From Gammaproteobacteria bacterium (GTDB lineage Bacteria > Pseudomonadota > Gammaproteobacteria > UBA4575), in contig CBDCUI010000008.1 in NCBI GenBank assembly GCA_965222615.1, forward strand, positions 256,001-320,000: a stretch of 64,000 bases of DNA, in the 5' to 3' direction. Numbering within the stretch: the first letter of the stretch is position 1; the number at the start of each line of letters is the position of its first letter. A model generated the notes under the pieces. That model saw only the letters and a list, made by a program, of their open reading frames with translations, was not told where the DNA came from and did no database searches. Below, one piece after another: positions 1 to 10,833 of the stretch. Position numbers and translations under genes: made by a program.

Positions 1-2
1 TT

Positions 3-1349
3 GGCGTAGGGGATAATATTTCCTCGGATGACACCTCACAAGATGGACGCAACCAAAGCCAAGGATATACTCCGATTCTCAACGATTTACTGACACAGTC
101 TAAATCTTATCCCCATACGGTAGTCAATAAGGGAGTGTCAGGACACAAATCGATTGAGGGTTTAAGTTTATTGCCCTCGATTATAGCTGAGCATCCAGAC
201 GCACGGTTTTATCTCATTCAATATGGCACCAATGATGCCACAGGGGGCGGTGTGATCCCTGTTCCGTCGGGTCTTGGCTTAAATTCAGGTGACCCAGGTT
301 ATCCAGGCACCTATAAACACAATATGCAACAGATTATCGATCTAATTAGAAACTCTTCTGGGGTGAGTAAGGAGCCCTATTTAGCCAAATTGCCATATGC
401 ACCCACTGCACCAAACCTGAGTCAGCGGATGGCTGAATATAATTTAGTAATTGATGAGCTCGTCTCTGCGAATTCCATTGCCGTGACACCGCCGGATTTC
501 TATGCATATTTTCAAGCTAATCCGAACCAGTTCCATGACAATGTCCACCCAAATGGGGCAGGGTATCAGGGTATGGCTGGACTATGGGCGAATTCGCTGA
601 GTTCCTTTAATCAGGCACCTAATGGTGTCATTAACAGCCCTACATCGAGTGTCAGCATCAATGTAGGCCAGTCTGTGAGTTTTACCGGTACGGGTTCTGA
701 TCCAGACGGTGATACTTCTTTAACGTATTTTTGGTATTTCGGGGGTGGCGCACCCAATTCCACCGCAGAAGATCCTGGACCGGTTCAATTCAATAATCCC
801 GGTACATATAACGTTACCTTTACCGTTACTGATTCTTTAGGCTTAGCAGATCCAACCCCAGCGCAGCGTACGATTGTAGTTGGAGGTGGCTCCAGTGGCG
901 GTGTTATTCCCCAGTCGGGTTGGAGTCTTTTATATGTAGATAGTGAGCAGTTACCGGAATTTCCGGCCACCAATGCCTTTGATGGGGATCCTAGTACGAA
1001 ATGGCACACCGCGATGGGTAGTTCGAATCCGGGGCATCCGCATGAGATCCAAATCGATTTAGGCGCCATTTACGACATTGATGGTTTTCGTTATTTGCCA
1101 CGTCAATGGCCTGAGAGCAAAGATGGAACGATATATAGATATAGCTTTTATGTGAGTGGGGATGGAGTAAATTGGCTCAAAGTACTAGATGGTTCCTTTA
1201 AACCAAAAAATCGTACTGAGAAAGAAGTATTATTTTCGACGCAGACAGCACGCTATATAAGGCTAGTGGCTAAAAAAGAGATTCAGGGAAATCCTTGGAC
1301 CTCTATGGCTGAATTGAATGTTCTTGGTGTGTTCTCTTCTGGGCCTTAA
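3..1349 (+). CDS. 5'-truncated multidomain protein: SGNH/GDSL hydrolase + PKD + F5/8 type C (CBM32-like)
   Basis: Frame is open from the window edge (GVGDNISSDD...NKGVSG). SGNH blocks GTND and DNVHPN; PKD motif SDPDG..Y.W.FG...PGTYNVTFTVTD; discoidin motif AFDGDPSTKWH..IDLG..ARYIRL. Confidence 0.8.
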   Translation, partial: GVGDNISSDDTSQDGRNQSQGYTPILNDLLTQSKSYPHTVVNKGVSGHKSIEGLSLLPSIIAEHPDARFYLIQYGTNDATGGGVIPVPSGLGLNSGDPGYPGTYKHNMQQIIDLIRNSSGVSKEPYLAKLPYAPTAPNLSQRMAEYNLVIDELVSANSIAVTPPDFYAYFQANPNQFHDNVHPNGAGYQGMAGLWANSLSSFNQAPNGVINSPTSSVSINVGQSVSFTGTGSDPDGDTSLTYFWYFGGGAPNSTAEDPGPVQFNNPGTYNVTFTVTDSLGLADPTPAQRTIVVGGGSSGGVIPQSGWSLLYVDSEQLPEFPATNAFDGDPSTKWHTAMGSSNPGHPHEIQIDLGAIYDIDGFRYLPRQWPESKDGTIYRYSFYVSGDGVNWLKVLDGSFKPKNRTEKEVLFSTQTARYIRLVAKKEIQGNPWTSMAELNVLGVFSSGP

Positions 1350-1362
1350 GAGGTAAGTTGTC

Positions 1363-1767
1363 ATGCTTAAAAAAATTATTCTATGCGGCTTTGTGATAAT
1401 AGGCATACTGCATGTAACAGCTGTATTACCTGCTGAAGACCCTATTATCGATAATACAATAACACCATTTTTTGAAGCATTAAAAAATGGAGACGTAAAA
1501 ACTATAGAAACTTATATTGATGAACCATTGTATTCACAAATCAAAGTGCTGTTAACAAAAAACCAAAAATATCCAGAATATCTACGTAAATACTATACAG
1601 ATACATATGTGGATGTTACCGGCATTAAAGATCTAACAGATAAAAAGAAAGATGTGAATGTAGAAATTCATTTTCCTGATAATTACATTGAAGCGATAAT
1701 CTTACATCTAAGTCAAGTAAGTACTGGTGAATGGAAGATCACAGAACAGACAGTAATAACTAATTAA
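1363..1767 (+). CDS. Hypothetical exported protein (possibly NTF2-like)
   Basis: GAGG RBS, signal-peptide-like N-terminus, FFEALKNGD...EWKI pattern. Confidence 0.6.
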   Translation: MLKKIILCGFVIIGILHVTAVLPAEDPIIDNTITPFFEALKNGDVKTIETYIDEPLYSQIKVLLTKNQKYPEYLRKYYTDTYVDVTGIKDLTDKKKDVNVEIHFPDNYIEAIILHLSQVSTGEWKITEQTVITN

Positions 1768-2286
1768 CACTTTATTTATATAACTGCATTTACTTTTATA
1801 AAGTAACACTTAGATTAGGTTTAGCTTAAATTTCTCTAATCTTAAATTACCTTAAATTTCCAATCCTAAGCTATGATTTATTCTAGAGAGCAAATACGAA
1901 CAGCAAAACAACATGGTAAAGCAGCTTTTACATTTTACAAATCAGTGCTTATTAAATACAAAACTAGATTAAGTTTAACCAAATAGTGTTATCATTCTTC
2001 TTATTAAGTCTCAATATTACTAGCTTTATCATCTTAAATCGCACCCAACCTGAATTAGATCAGATTAGCTATTTTTAAATAGCATAATTAGTAAAAGTAT
2101 TGCCTAGCACACTTACAGATGTTAATTATAAGTGTCGATAAAGAATCAGATATATTTGATATCCAGTCCAACTGGAATCGAGGCCTCACAAGTGAGAAGA
2201 TAGTTTTGTAATTAATTTCTTTTGTATTGATGTGTAGGCTCTATCTTATGAAGAGTATTTCTAAGCTACTGTTTTAAATATTAGAT

Positions 2287-2952
2287 ATGTCTTTTGGATT
2301 AAAACGAGCATGGTCAGTATTTTGGATGCGCCTTTCCGGTATAAGCAAGTTTGGGAAGGTGGCAACGTGGCTAGCGAGTCTATTTACACCGCCGTATATT
2401 GGACGACGTAAACTCGCTGCTCTTCATCCGAACGGATATATTTCTCCATTTGCAACTATTCACCATAATTCCTTTTTTTCATCGAAAAAAGTTTTTATAG
2501 ATGATTACGTTTTGATTTATCAAGCTAAAGAGGGGGGAGAAGTCATGTTAGCAGAGGATGTTAATATATATCGGAACACTATTATGCAAACTGGTGAATG
2601 CGGTACTATCCAAATAGGTGCATTCACTGCCATACAGCCGCATTGCAATTTTTCAGCATATGTTTCTTCTATCATAATAGGTGAACATGTACAGATTGCG
2701 CCTAGGTGTAGTTTTTATTCATACAACCACGGTTTTAAAAAAGATCAATCAATATATAGTCAGCCACTAGAATCAAAAGGCGACATTGTGATAGAAGACG
2801 GTGCTTGGTTAGGTGTTGGGGTAACTGTATTAGATAATGTGAAAATTGGTGCAGGTGCTGTTATTGGCGCAGGTGCAGTTGTTACTAGTGATGTTCCAGA
2901 AGGCACGATTGCTACAGGGGTGCCAGCAAAAATCATAGGCACGAGAAAATAA
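2287..2952 (+). CDS. Hexapeptide-repeat acyl/O-acetyltransferase
   Basis: IVIEDGAWLGVGVTVLDNVKIGAGAVIGAGAVVTSDVP...GVPAK left-handed beta-helix signature. Confidence 0.9.
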   Translation: MSFGLKRAWSVFWMRLSGISKFGKVATWLASLFTPPYIGRRKLAALHPNGYISPFATIHHNSFFSSKKVFIDDYVLIYQAKEGGEVMLAEDVNIYRNTIMQTGECGTIQIGAFTAIQPHCNFSAYVSSIIIGEHVQIAPRCSFYSYNHGFKKDQSIYSQPLESKGDIVIEDGAWLGVGVTVLDNVKIGAGAVIGAGAVVTSDVPEGTIATGVPAKIIGTRK

Positions 2953-3011
2953 GCCATGAATTTGTATTTTTAAAAAAGTTAGTTCATCAGACAAGTATTA
3001 AGCTTTGATAA

Positions 3012-3986
3012 ATGTCTTCAAGCAGCCCATTGGTAAGTATAGTAACGCCAGTTTATAACGGTGAGAAATATTTATCGGAGTGCATCGAAAGTATTTTAAA
3101 TCAGTCATATGAGCACTGGGAGTACGTCATAGTTAACAATTGTAGTACAGACCGCACATTAGAAATTGCTCAACAATATGCACAACGTGAATCAAAAATA
3201 AGAGTTAGTACTAATAAAAAATTTTTAGATTTAATGCCAAACTGGAATCATGCCCTTAGACAAATTTCAACGAAGAGTAAATATTGCAAAGTAGTTCATG
3301 CGGATGACTTATTGTGGCCGGACTGTATTGAAAAAATGGTACTCCTTGCTGAAAAAAATCCTTCAGTAAGCATCATTGGGTCGTATTACCTCAAAGGAAA
3401 GCAAGTAAAGGGGATTGGCATTCCTTATCCTACATCTGTGATTTCAGGACATGACATTTGTCGATCAACTTTAAGAAAAGATTATTATGTTTTTGGGTCT
3501 CCATCCTCTACACTAATACGATCAAATTTAATTCAAGGTAAGGAAAAATTTTACAATGAAGATAATTATCATGCGGACGTAGAAGTTTGTTTTGAAATAT
3601 TAAAAGATTTTGATTTTGGATTTGTGCATCAGATATTAAGCTACACCAGAATGCATGATGATACCCAGACATCGACCAAAGCTGAAAAATTAGATACCAA
3701 TATGCTTGAGAATTTGAAGATGTTTGTAAAATATGGTCCTATGTATCTAGATGATATTGAATATCAGAATTGTTTGGGAAAAAGATTAAGAGCCTATAGA
3801 AACAAGCTTGGGAAAAGTTATTTAAATGGTAGAAATAAGGATTACATTCAATATCATAAAGTAGGATTAGATAAAATCGGAATAACTTTTGGAAGCAAAG
3901 ATATAGCTTTTGCCATTATTTCACAAATTCTAGATAAAATACTTAACCCAAAGAGAACAGTTGAGCAAATCTTTAAAAGGTTTTAA
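3012..3986 (+). CDS. Glycosyltransferase family 2
   Basis: PLVSIVTPVYNGEKYL..CIESIL.Q, VNNCSTD, HADD. Confidence 0.92.
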   Translation: MSSSSPLVSIVTPVYNGEKYLSECIESILNQSYEHWEYVIVNNCSTDRTLEIAQQYAQRESKIRVSTNKKFLDLMPNWNHALRQISTKSKYCKVVHADDLLWPDCIEKMVLLAEKNPSVSIIGSYYLKGKQVKGIGIPYPTSVISGHDICRSTLRKDYYVFGSPSSTLIRSNLIQGKEKFYNEDNYHADVEVCFEILKDFDFGFVHQILSYTRMHDDTQTSTKAEKLDTNMLENLKMFVKYGPMYLDDIEYQNCLGKRLRAYRNKLGKSYLNGRNKDYIQYHKVGLDKIGITFGSKDIAFAIISQILDKILNPKRTVEQIFKRF

Positions 3987-4039
3987 TTATAATATGTTTG
4001 CGCTGTGTATCTGGCAGGTAAAGTATAGCGTTATAAACA

Positions 4040-5080
4040 CTAATTAGATACATACTCGTATAAAGTTTTAATTTTTTTTGCCACATTTGGCCAGGAAAAA
4101 TTCATTGCGTGTGTTCTGCTATTGTGACTAAGCTCATGAAGTTCTTTTTTATTTCCATGCAGTGAATAAATGATGTCTGCTAAAGTTTTTGAGTCTCCTT
4201 TAGGGGCGAGCACACTACAATTATTGGTTATATAATCTTTAACGCCAGGTAGGTCAGTGGTGATTATCGGTAAACCACATGACATACCTTCCAAAAGTGC
4301 GTTGTTTGCAGTGCAATCTAACAGAGGTAGAAGTAGTATGTCAGCTGACTGATAAAGATGAAGTAATTCTTCATCGTTGATAGAGCTATAAAAATCAACA
4401 TTTTCCATACCATTAAAATTAGTACGATATTTATCTGGAGCAACAATTATAAATTGTATCTCTTTTGATTTAAGCGATTTAGCTACGTTTGCTAGAGTTT
4501 GAAAGTCTCGAAGATGACCTCCAACAGATATACAACGTAAGTTTTCATGTTTATTTTTCTTTACATTGGGGTGGAAATAATCTGTATCAATACCATGTGG
4601 TACAAAGTGAACGCGTTCAGACCCAACTATGTCTGCAAAAAAGTCATACTGAACTGTAGAAACAACAACTATTGCATCGAGTAACTTAAGAAACTTATAG
4701 TCAGTGATAAGTTCTTTAAAGCGACTAGGTGGAGTATGGTAAGTGCAAATTATATAATTTTTTGGTTTGAGAGACTTAAATTTTCCAAGGTATCTAAAAG
4801 AATTTTCTCCATAGAGAAAGTGAAAAATCTGTTGGTTGCTTATCATCCACTTCTGAGCGGCATTCACTTCGGTTATGAAATTTGCACGGCGATACCAAAG
4901 AGATCTCGAACTCTTTATTTTTGATAAGAATAAGCGCACTAACACTCTTTGTGGCAGTGTTAAATTTTTTGTTGTGGTTATGACATCTGCATCTAGATAA
5001 CTTACCAATTGATCATAACCAGATACGTTTGCATGATGTTGCATCCTCAATGTAATAATATTTACGTTTAAATCATGCAT
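4040..5080 (-). CDS. Glycosyltransferase family 4
   Basis: VPHGIDTDYF; NNALLEGMSCGLPIITTD; FSW. Confidence 0.9.
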   Translation of the reverse strand: MHDLNVNIITLRMQHHANVSGYDQLVSYLDADVITTTKNLTLPQRVLVRLFLSKIKSSRSLWYRRANFITEVNAAQKWMISNQQIFHFLYGENSFRYLGKFKSLKPKNYIICTYHTPPSRFKELITDYKFLKLLDAIVVVSTVQYDFFADIVGSERVHFVPHGIDTDYFHPNVKKNKHENLRCISVGGHLRDFQTLANVAKSLKSKEIQFIIVAPDKYRTNFNGMENVDFYSSINDEELLHLYQSADILLLPLLDCTANNALLEGMSCGLPIITTDLPGVKDYITNNCSVLAPKGDSKTLADIIYSLHGNKKELHELSHNSRTHAMNFSWPNVAKKIKTLYEYVSN

Positions 5081-5477
5081 TATGCTTAGTCAGGCTTATT
5101 TAAAGTATGTTAAATAAATTTAGCTTAATTTTATGATGAAATGTACTAAAAAGCATAAAGATAAATTCGATTTTTAAGTTTTTCTATGATCCGATAATAA
5201 TTATCAGTAAAAGTGTATAGGTCGTCTGATATTAACCAAACATGATTGAAAACCATGTACTACTATGTTATCAACGGTGCTAACTCTTAAAGTAATTTTG
5301 CTTGATCTATTAGTGCGTAACAGTACTTATAAAATGTATAGTTCTTCTATGATTTGCGCCTTAGTATTAAACAAAATAAGTAGTCTGCGATAATAAAGCT
5401 TATAATATAAAGCCACAATTATTTATAAAAACATTTAAATTATTATTTATCAAACCAGAAATATTATCAATTTATGC

Positions 5478-6383
5478 ATGAATAAAAAATCTTATCCAAA
5501 CTTTTTATGCATAGGAGCACAAAAAGCTGGTACTACTTGGCTCTTTATTAACTTGCTTCAGCATCCGGAGATTTGGTTGCCGCCTATTAAAGAAATTCAT
5601 TATTTGAGTCGATTAGATCAAGGTAAGTTAGCAGGCTTTAAGCGCCTTATGGTAAAAGGATGGCGGCAAAAGTTATATCACACTTTTAAACGCGATATTA
5701 CTAATTTTTCTTACCGTAATCTCGTTTGGGATTTTAAATATTACTTTGGGTTAAGAAGCGATAGATGGTATGAGTCTATTTTTGAGCCAGGAAGAAATAA
5801 AATTTCGGGTGATATAACACCAGCCTATTCAAAAATGGATGGACGTGCAGTTGCTCATGCGTATTCAATTATGCCACAAGCAAAAATCATTTTTATAATG
5901 CGAGATCCGATTGAACGGGCGTGGTCACATGTAAAAATGAGTTTTGATAAAAAAAGAGACCTTTACAAGAAAAGTGGTGGGAATTTTGATGATATTGATA
6001 ATAGTGTCTTGACTCAGCATTTTAACAAAAAGGAAGTGGTGCTAAGGGGGAACTATTTAAGAACGATTAGAATTTGGGAAAGCCATTATCCTCTAGAACA
6101 GATTTTCTACGCATTTAACGAAGATATAGCGCGTCGCCCACGAGAATTATTATTAGAGATTTATAGATTTATTGGGGTTACTGCGGAAGATTCATATATC
6201 CCTAAGCAAGTTGAAAGGAAAGTGACAGCAGGTAGCGGTTATAAAATACCACTTGCCGTGAATAAGTACCTGGCTGAGTTTTATTACGATCAGATTGAGC
6301 AATTAGCAAAACGATTTTCATCACTCGAAACAAATTACCCAGAAGAGTGGCTCAATAAAGCAGAAGGGGTGCTTCGCTCATGA
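5478..6383 (+). CDS. Sulfotransferase family protein
   Basis: 5'-PSB loop IGAQKAGTTWL, KEIHY, 3'-PB RDPIERAWS. Confidence 0.9.
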   Translation: MNKKSYPNFLCIGAQKAGTTWLFINLLQHPEIWLPPIKEIHYLSRLDQGKLAGFKRLMVKGWRQKLYHTFKRDITNFSYRNLVWDFKYYFGLRSDRWYESIFEPGRNKISGDITPAYSKMDGRAVAHAYSIMPQAKIIFIMRDPIERAWSHVKMSFDKKRDLYKKSGGNFDDIDNSVLTQHFNKKEVVLRGNYLRTIRIWESHYPLEQIFYAFNEDIARRPRELLLEIYRFIGVTAEDSYIPKQVERKVTAGSGYKIPLAVNKYLAEFYYDQIEQLAKRFSSLETNYPEEWLNKAEGVLRS

Positions 6384-6457
6384 AGAGAATATATACAGTA
6401 TAATTTAAAAATTAGATAAACTTCAGAATATAGTTTGAAATTAAGTTCAGTAAGTAA

Positions 6458-7291
6458 ATGACTTTGTCTAGTTTAAAGTATGTGAAATTAAATAATTTAA
6501 ATATTGATCTTAGTCATTTCCCTAATTTTTTGGTTATTGGTCCACAGCGTACGGGAACTACCTGGTTGTATAAAAATCTTATTCGACATCCAGAAGTGTT
6601 CATGAGTAAAGAAAAAGAAATTCATTTTTTTAATATGTTAAACAAGACTCAACATGTTAAATACAGATCAGCTGATTTGGGCTGGTATTTGAAGTTCTTT
6701 TACGACACACCACTTTCCTATGTGCAAAAGTATCTAAGCTGCTACCTAAGATATCAAAAGGTGTATAAGCCAAAGATTAGAGGAGAAGCTTGTGCAAGCT
6801 ATGCCGCTATGGAAGAAGATTTGGTTTCGGAGGTGATTACACTAAATCCAGAAATAAAGATCATTCTCATGATCAGAGATCCTTTGCAAAGAGCATGGTC
6901 ACATGCAAAAAAGGATTTAGTAAAACGTAGAAGATTGCAATCCATAAATGAAGTTTCCGAAGATGAGATCGAGTATTTTCTCAAAGATCCGTATCAGGTT
7001 GCATGTGGAAAGTACACAATGGCAATCGATAAATGGTCAACACAGCTACAAGATGGAAACCTCTTTATTGGTTTGTTTGATGAAATTATTCATGCTCCTA
7101 AGGAATTACTTAAAAAAATCTTCATCTTTCTAGGATTAGACTACGATGCAGCCTATGTTCAAGCTGCAGAAGTACAAGTCAATACCACTAGTACAGATAC
7201 TCTACCTTTGCAATATAGTAAAATGTTATACGCAATTTTTCAGGATGAATTAGAGGAACTTAATTCTAGATATGGATTCCATTGGGATTGA
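6458..7291 (+). CDS. Sulfotransferase family protein
   Basis: IGPQRTGTTWL, KEIHFF, RDPLQRAWS. Confidence 0.9.
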   Translation: MTLSSLKYVKLNNLNIDLSHFPNFLVIGPQRTGTTWLYKNLIRHPEVFMSKEKEIHFFNMLNKTQHVKYRSADLGWYLKFFYDTPLSYVQKYLSCYLRYQKVYKPKIRGEACASYAAMEEDLVSEVITLNPEIKIILMIRDPLQRAWSHAKKDLVKRRRLQSINEVSEDEIEYFLKDPYQVACGKYTMAIDKWSTQLQDGNLFIGLFDEIIHAPKELLKKIFIFLGLDYDAAYVQAAEVQVNTTSTDTLPLQYSKMLYAIFQDELEELNSRYGFHWD

Positions 7292-7447
7292 ATTAGCCAA
7301 CTGACTTTCGCAAACTCTCATTGGTATGAGGTAATGCACACTTTTTTAGTTAATAGTCAGCTACACTATGTGGTTGTTTATCAATGTAGTTAATTTCTTT
7401 TTATCGATGAATATGTTTTTCGCGGTTACTTTGTTAAATAAATACAA

Positions 7448-8662
7448 GTGAAAATAGTCCTCTACGTCAATACTTTCCTGCCACATGTGGGAGGGCGAGA
7501 GCTTGTTGTGCATCATCTGGCTCTGGCATTCAAGGGTCTAGGGCATCAAGTGAGAGTAGTTGGCCCTTCTTCTTGGTGGCGTACTAGAGGAGTTAAGTAT
7601 GAGTATCCCGTTCATCGTTATCCAACTTTTGCGGGTCGCAAATCATTAGCTAAACCCGGAATTAAAGCGCGGTTGCGTGAAGCAGAACTTCTTTTGCAAC
7701 TAGCTGTAGATTTGAAAATATGGGGCTGTGACATTATACATGCACATACAACTCACCCATCAGGCTATATTGCGACACGACTTAAAAAAAAGGGATCACA
7801 GACACCAGTAATCATCACGCCACACGGGATCGATATTCATCAGATTCCTGAGATTGGTCACGGCAAAAGACTGAATCCATTTTTACAACCAAAAATAGAA
7901 CAGGTATTACAAGATGCAGATGCCCTAACGGCAATCAGCGGTAGTATACGCGCGTCGCTTTTAGATGCGGGCGCTAACCCGAATAAAATATATCAAATAC
8001 CAAATGGAGTAGATATTAAACGTTTTCAACAGAAAACTAATACTGATGTTCGTAAATCTTTATCGCTACCAGAAGATGCGCGTTTGATCGTAACAGTAGG
8101 CAATTACAATCCGCGTAAGGGGCATGAGGTGCTAATCAACACGATGCCTTCAGTATTGAAACAAGAGCCTCGAGCAAAATTAGTGATTGTGGGTCGTGGT
8201 ACTAATGTTTTGAATTCTTTGGTTCAAAAACTTGGGTTAAATGATAGTGTCTTACTTTTGGGAGAGGTTAAGCTTCCTGCGAAACCAAACATGTATGAAG
8301 GAGGAGACAGGTTGGTTGATATTTATCGTAACAGTAGTGTCTACGTATCAGCTGGTATCGAAGAAGGTGCCGAGGGTCTTTCCTTAGCAGTCTTAGAAGC
8401 AATGGCATCAGGTTTGCCTATTATTGGTACTGATGTTTCAGGTAATAGGGATATTATTTTAAATGGAGAAAATGGTTTTCTGGTCCCTCCGTCAGATTCT
8501 CATCGATTATCAGATAAAATTCTAGAGATATTAAAAAATAATCATGTCCAAAATGAAATGGGAGACAAAGCCTTACAGACTGTACAAGATTTTAGTTGGG
8601 AAAAAATTGCCACTATGTATTTAGAACTTTATAAACAAATGTCTAGAATACAGAATGCATGA
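7448..8662 (+). CDS. Glycosyltransferase family 4
   Basis: IPNGVD, KGHE, EGLSLAVLEAMASGLPII. Confidence 0.92.
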   Translation: MKIVLYVNTFLPHVGGRELVVHHLALAFKGLGHQVRVVGPSSWWRTRGVKYEYPVHRYPTFAGRKSLAKPGIKARLREAELLLQLAVDLKIWGCDIIHAHTTHPSGYIATRLKKKGSQTPVIITPHGIDIHQIPEIGHGKRLNPFLQPKIEQVLQDADALTAISGSIRASLLDAGANPNKIYQIPNGVDIKRFQQKTNTDVRKSLSLPEDARLIVTVGNYNPRKGHEVLINTMPSVLKQEPRAKLVIVGRGTNVLNSLVQKLGLNDSVLLLGEVKLPAKPNMYEGGDRLVDIYRNSSVYVSAGIEEGAEGLSLAVLEAMASGLPIIGTDVSGNRDIILNGENGFLVPPSDSHRLSDKILEILKNNHVQNEMGDKALQTVQDFSWEKIATMYLELYKQMSRIQNA

Positions 8663-9479
8663 AGTGATGTATACGCATACTCATACACAAAATATACGTC
8701 CGATCAAAACATGGGCGCAATTTGATCGTAATATACGTTCAAAGGGATGTCGTCTATTAGATAAACTAGATAATTTTCCTAAATCAATTTTAGTTGCAGG
8801 TTGCCAACGTTCAGGAACAACTATTTTAGCTAGACTGATTACACAAAACGAGGAAATGGTCAATTACTGGTTTGGTCAAGATGATGAACTTGATGCGGCA
8901 TTAATACTTTCAGGGCATGTTAATCACAAACCCAGAGGTAGATACTGTTTTCAGACTACTTATCTCAACAATTGTGTGGAAGAATATTTTTCACATCAAG
9001 ATTTCAAATTGATATGGGTGCTGCGAAATCCTTTTTCAGTAGTATATTCTATGTTACACAACTGGCGCCGCTCTGCTCTTAATCGGCTTTTTAAATCATG
9101 TGGGTCAAAAATTCTTAATGGCAAGGAAAAACAAAGGTACAATCGATATGGGGTTTGGGCGACTAGACGAATTCATCGTGCTTGTTTTTCTTATAACGCT
9201 AAGGTGTCTCAAATATATGCGTTACAGAAAAATCTTAGTTCTGATCGATTACTGATTATTGACTATGAAGATTTAATTGCTGACAAGCAATATATGCTAA
9301 GCGCCATATATAAGTTTGCAGATCTAAAATTTAGTGACCACTATGCATTGCAATTAAGTGATAAGAGTGCAAACAAAGCAACCCGCTATCAGTCAAGTAA
9401 GGAAGCTGCATACGTAAAGTCTTTTTGCCAACCAGTTTATGATGAGGCCAAAGCACTGTTGTCAATTCGACCTGCTTAG
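8655..9479 (+). CDS. Sulfotransferase family protein
   Basis: AGCQRSGTT, RNPFSVVYS, YEDL; overlaps the upstream stop. Confidence 0.85.
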   Translation: MHEVMYTHTHTQNIRPIKTWAQFDRNIRSKGCRLLDKLDNFPKSILVAGCQRSGTTILARLITQNEEMVNYWFGQDDELDAALILSGHVNHKPRGRYCFQTTYLNNCVEEYFSHQDFKLIWVLRNPFSVVYSMLHNWRRSALNRLFKSCGSKILNGKEKQRYNRYGVWATRRIHRACFSYNAKVSQIYALQKNLSSDRLLIIDYEDLIADKQYMLSAIYKFADLKFSDHYALQLSDKSANKATRYQSSKEAAYVKSFCQPVYDEAKALLSIRPA

Positions 9480-9512
9480 CTCATATTTACATTTACGTGA
9501 ACACAAATAAAA

Positions 9513-10805
9513 ATGTCTTCTACTGCATATAACTCTGATTCAAAACTAAATATATTGTTTATTAGTTCAGATAAGTATCCACCTTTTCGTCCTGCAGCTA
9601 AGGCTATATATATGGAAGAGCTTCCCATGAGGGGTTATCGAATTGATTGGCTTTTACAGTCAGAGGGTGCTTGTAATAGTGATTACACTACTGTGAATGG
9701 TAGTGGAACTATTTACGTTGGTGCAACAGATTTGGGAAATTCGAGATTGTCGCGTATAAAAAAGCATATGCTTGATATCATTAATGATTACAAGTTATTT
9801 AAACTTGCAAAGCAGCGTCAATATGATGTGATACAGGTTAAAGATAAGTATTTGTCAACTTTAATGGCCATTGTTGCTGCAAAAAAGTTTGGAATTCCTC
9901 TGGTTTTTTGGATTGCTTTCCCTCATGCAGAAGCCTCGATTTATGAATCTAAAAAAGGCATAGCTAGATATAAGATTTTATATTGGCTTAGGGGATATAT
10001 TTTAAAGTTTCTACTTTACAAAATTATCTTTCCCGCAGCTGATCATGCATTTGTTCAGAGTGAACAAATGAAGCGGGATATCATCAATGAAGGAATTCAA
10101 GGCGAGAAGCTAACACCCATTCCGGGCTCAGTAAATTTAGAAGTAATACCATACAAAAAAAGGCCTACTACAAGTTCTAAAGTTGATGCTGATTCTATGG
10201 ATCAAAGTATTGTTTACCTTGGAACATTAAACCGGATGAGGCAACTTGATTTCATTATCAAAGCTTTTCAAATAGTCTTCGAGCAGTACCAGGAGGTTAA
10301 GCTCTATATGATTGGAAAAGGTGATATGGAGGATGATGAAATTTTTCTAAAATCCATAGTAGCTGAATTAGGGCTAAAAGAGGCAGTTGTGTTCACAGGG
10401 TATATGCCAATGAAAAAAGCATGGCAATACATTGAAAATGCTTCTGTATGTCTTTCCCCTTATTTTCCTACTCCAATTCTTAACTCAACTTCTCCTACCA
10501 AATTGATCGAATACATGGCGATGGGAAAAGCAGTAGTTGGAAATGATCACCCTGAACAAAAGCTTGTGATTGAACAAAGTGGAGCAGGAATTTGCACACC
10601 ATGGGAGGAGGCCGCATTTGCTCAGGCTATAATTACTTTATTAAAGAATCCAATCGAGACCAATACTATGGGGCTGAAGGGGAGACAGTATGTAGAAAAA
10701 TATCGTAGTAATAGTGCAATGGCTGGCGTAGTAGACACCACATATAAGCGAATTTGCGGTATTGACAATGTACAGATTATGACAGATTCAAGTCGCTTAG
10801 CTTAA
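9513..10805 (+). CDS. Glycosyltransferase family 4
   Basis: SPTKLIEYMAMGKAVV; YLGTL. Confidence 0.9.
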   Translation: MSSTAYNSDSKLNILFISSDKYPPFRPAAKAIYMEELPMRGYRIDWLLQSEGACNSDYTTVNGSGTIYVGATDLGNSRLSRIKKHMLDIINDYKLFKLAKQRQYDVIQVKDKYLSTLMAIVAAKKFGIPLVFWIAFPHAEASIYESKKGIARYKILYWLRGYILKFLLYKIIFPAADHAFVQSEQMKRDIINEGIQGEKLTPIPGSVNLEVIPYKKRPTTSSKVDADSMDQSIVYLGTLNRMRQLDFIIKAFQIVFEQYQEVKLYMIGKGDMEDDEIFLKSIVAELGLKEAVVFTGYMPMKKAWQYIENASVCLSPYFPTPILNSTSPTKLIEYMAMGKAVVGNDHPEQKLVIEQSGAGICTPWEEAAFAQAIITLLKNPIETNTMGLKGRQYVEKYRSNSAMAGVVDTTYKRICGIDNVQIMTDSSRLA

Positions 10806-10833
10806 GATCTCAATATAAATAGATGAGTTAAAA

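Noticed and set aside
1768-2286. Long AT-rich intergenic gaps here and at 5081-5477 and 22888-23274, with weak recurring CCGATA/TGTCG words
   Set aside because: No consistent motif, ORF, ops element or structure could be supported by eye
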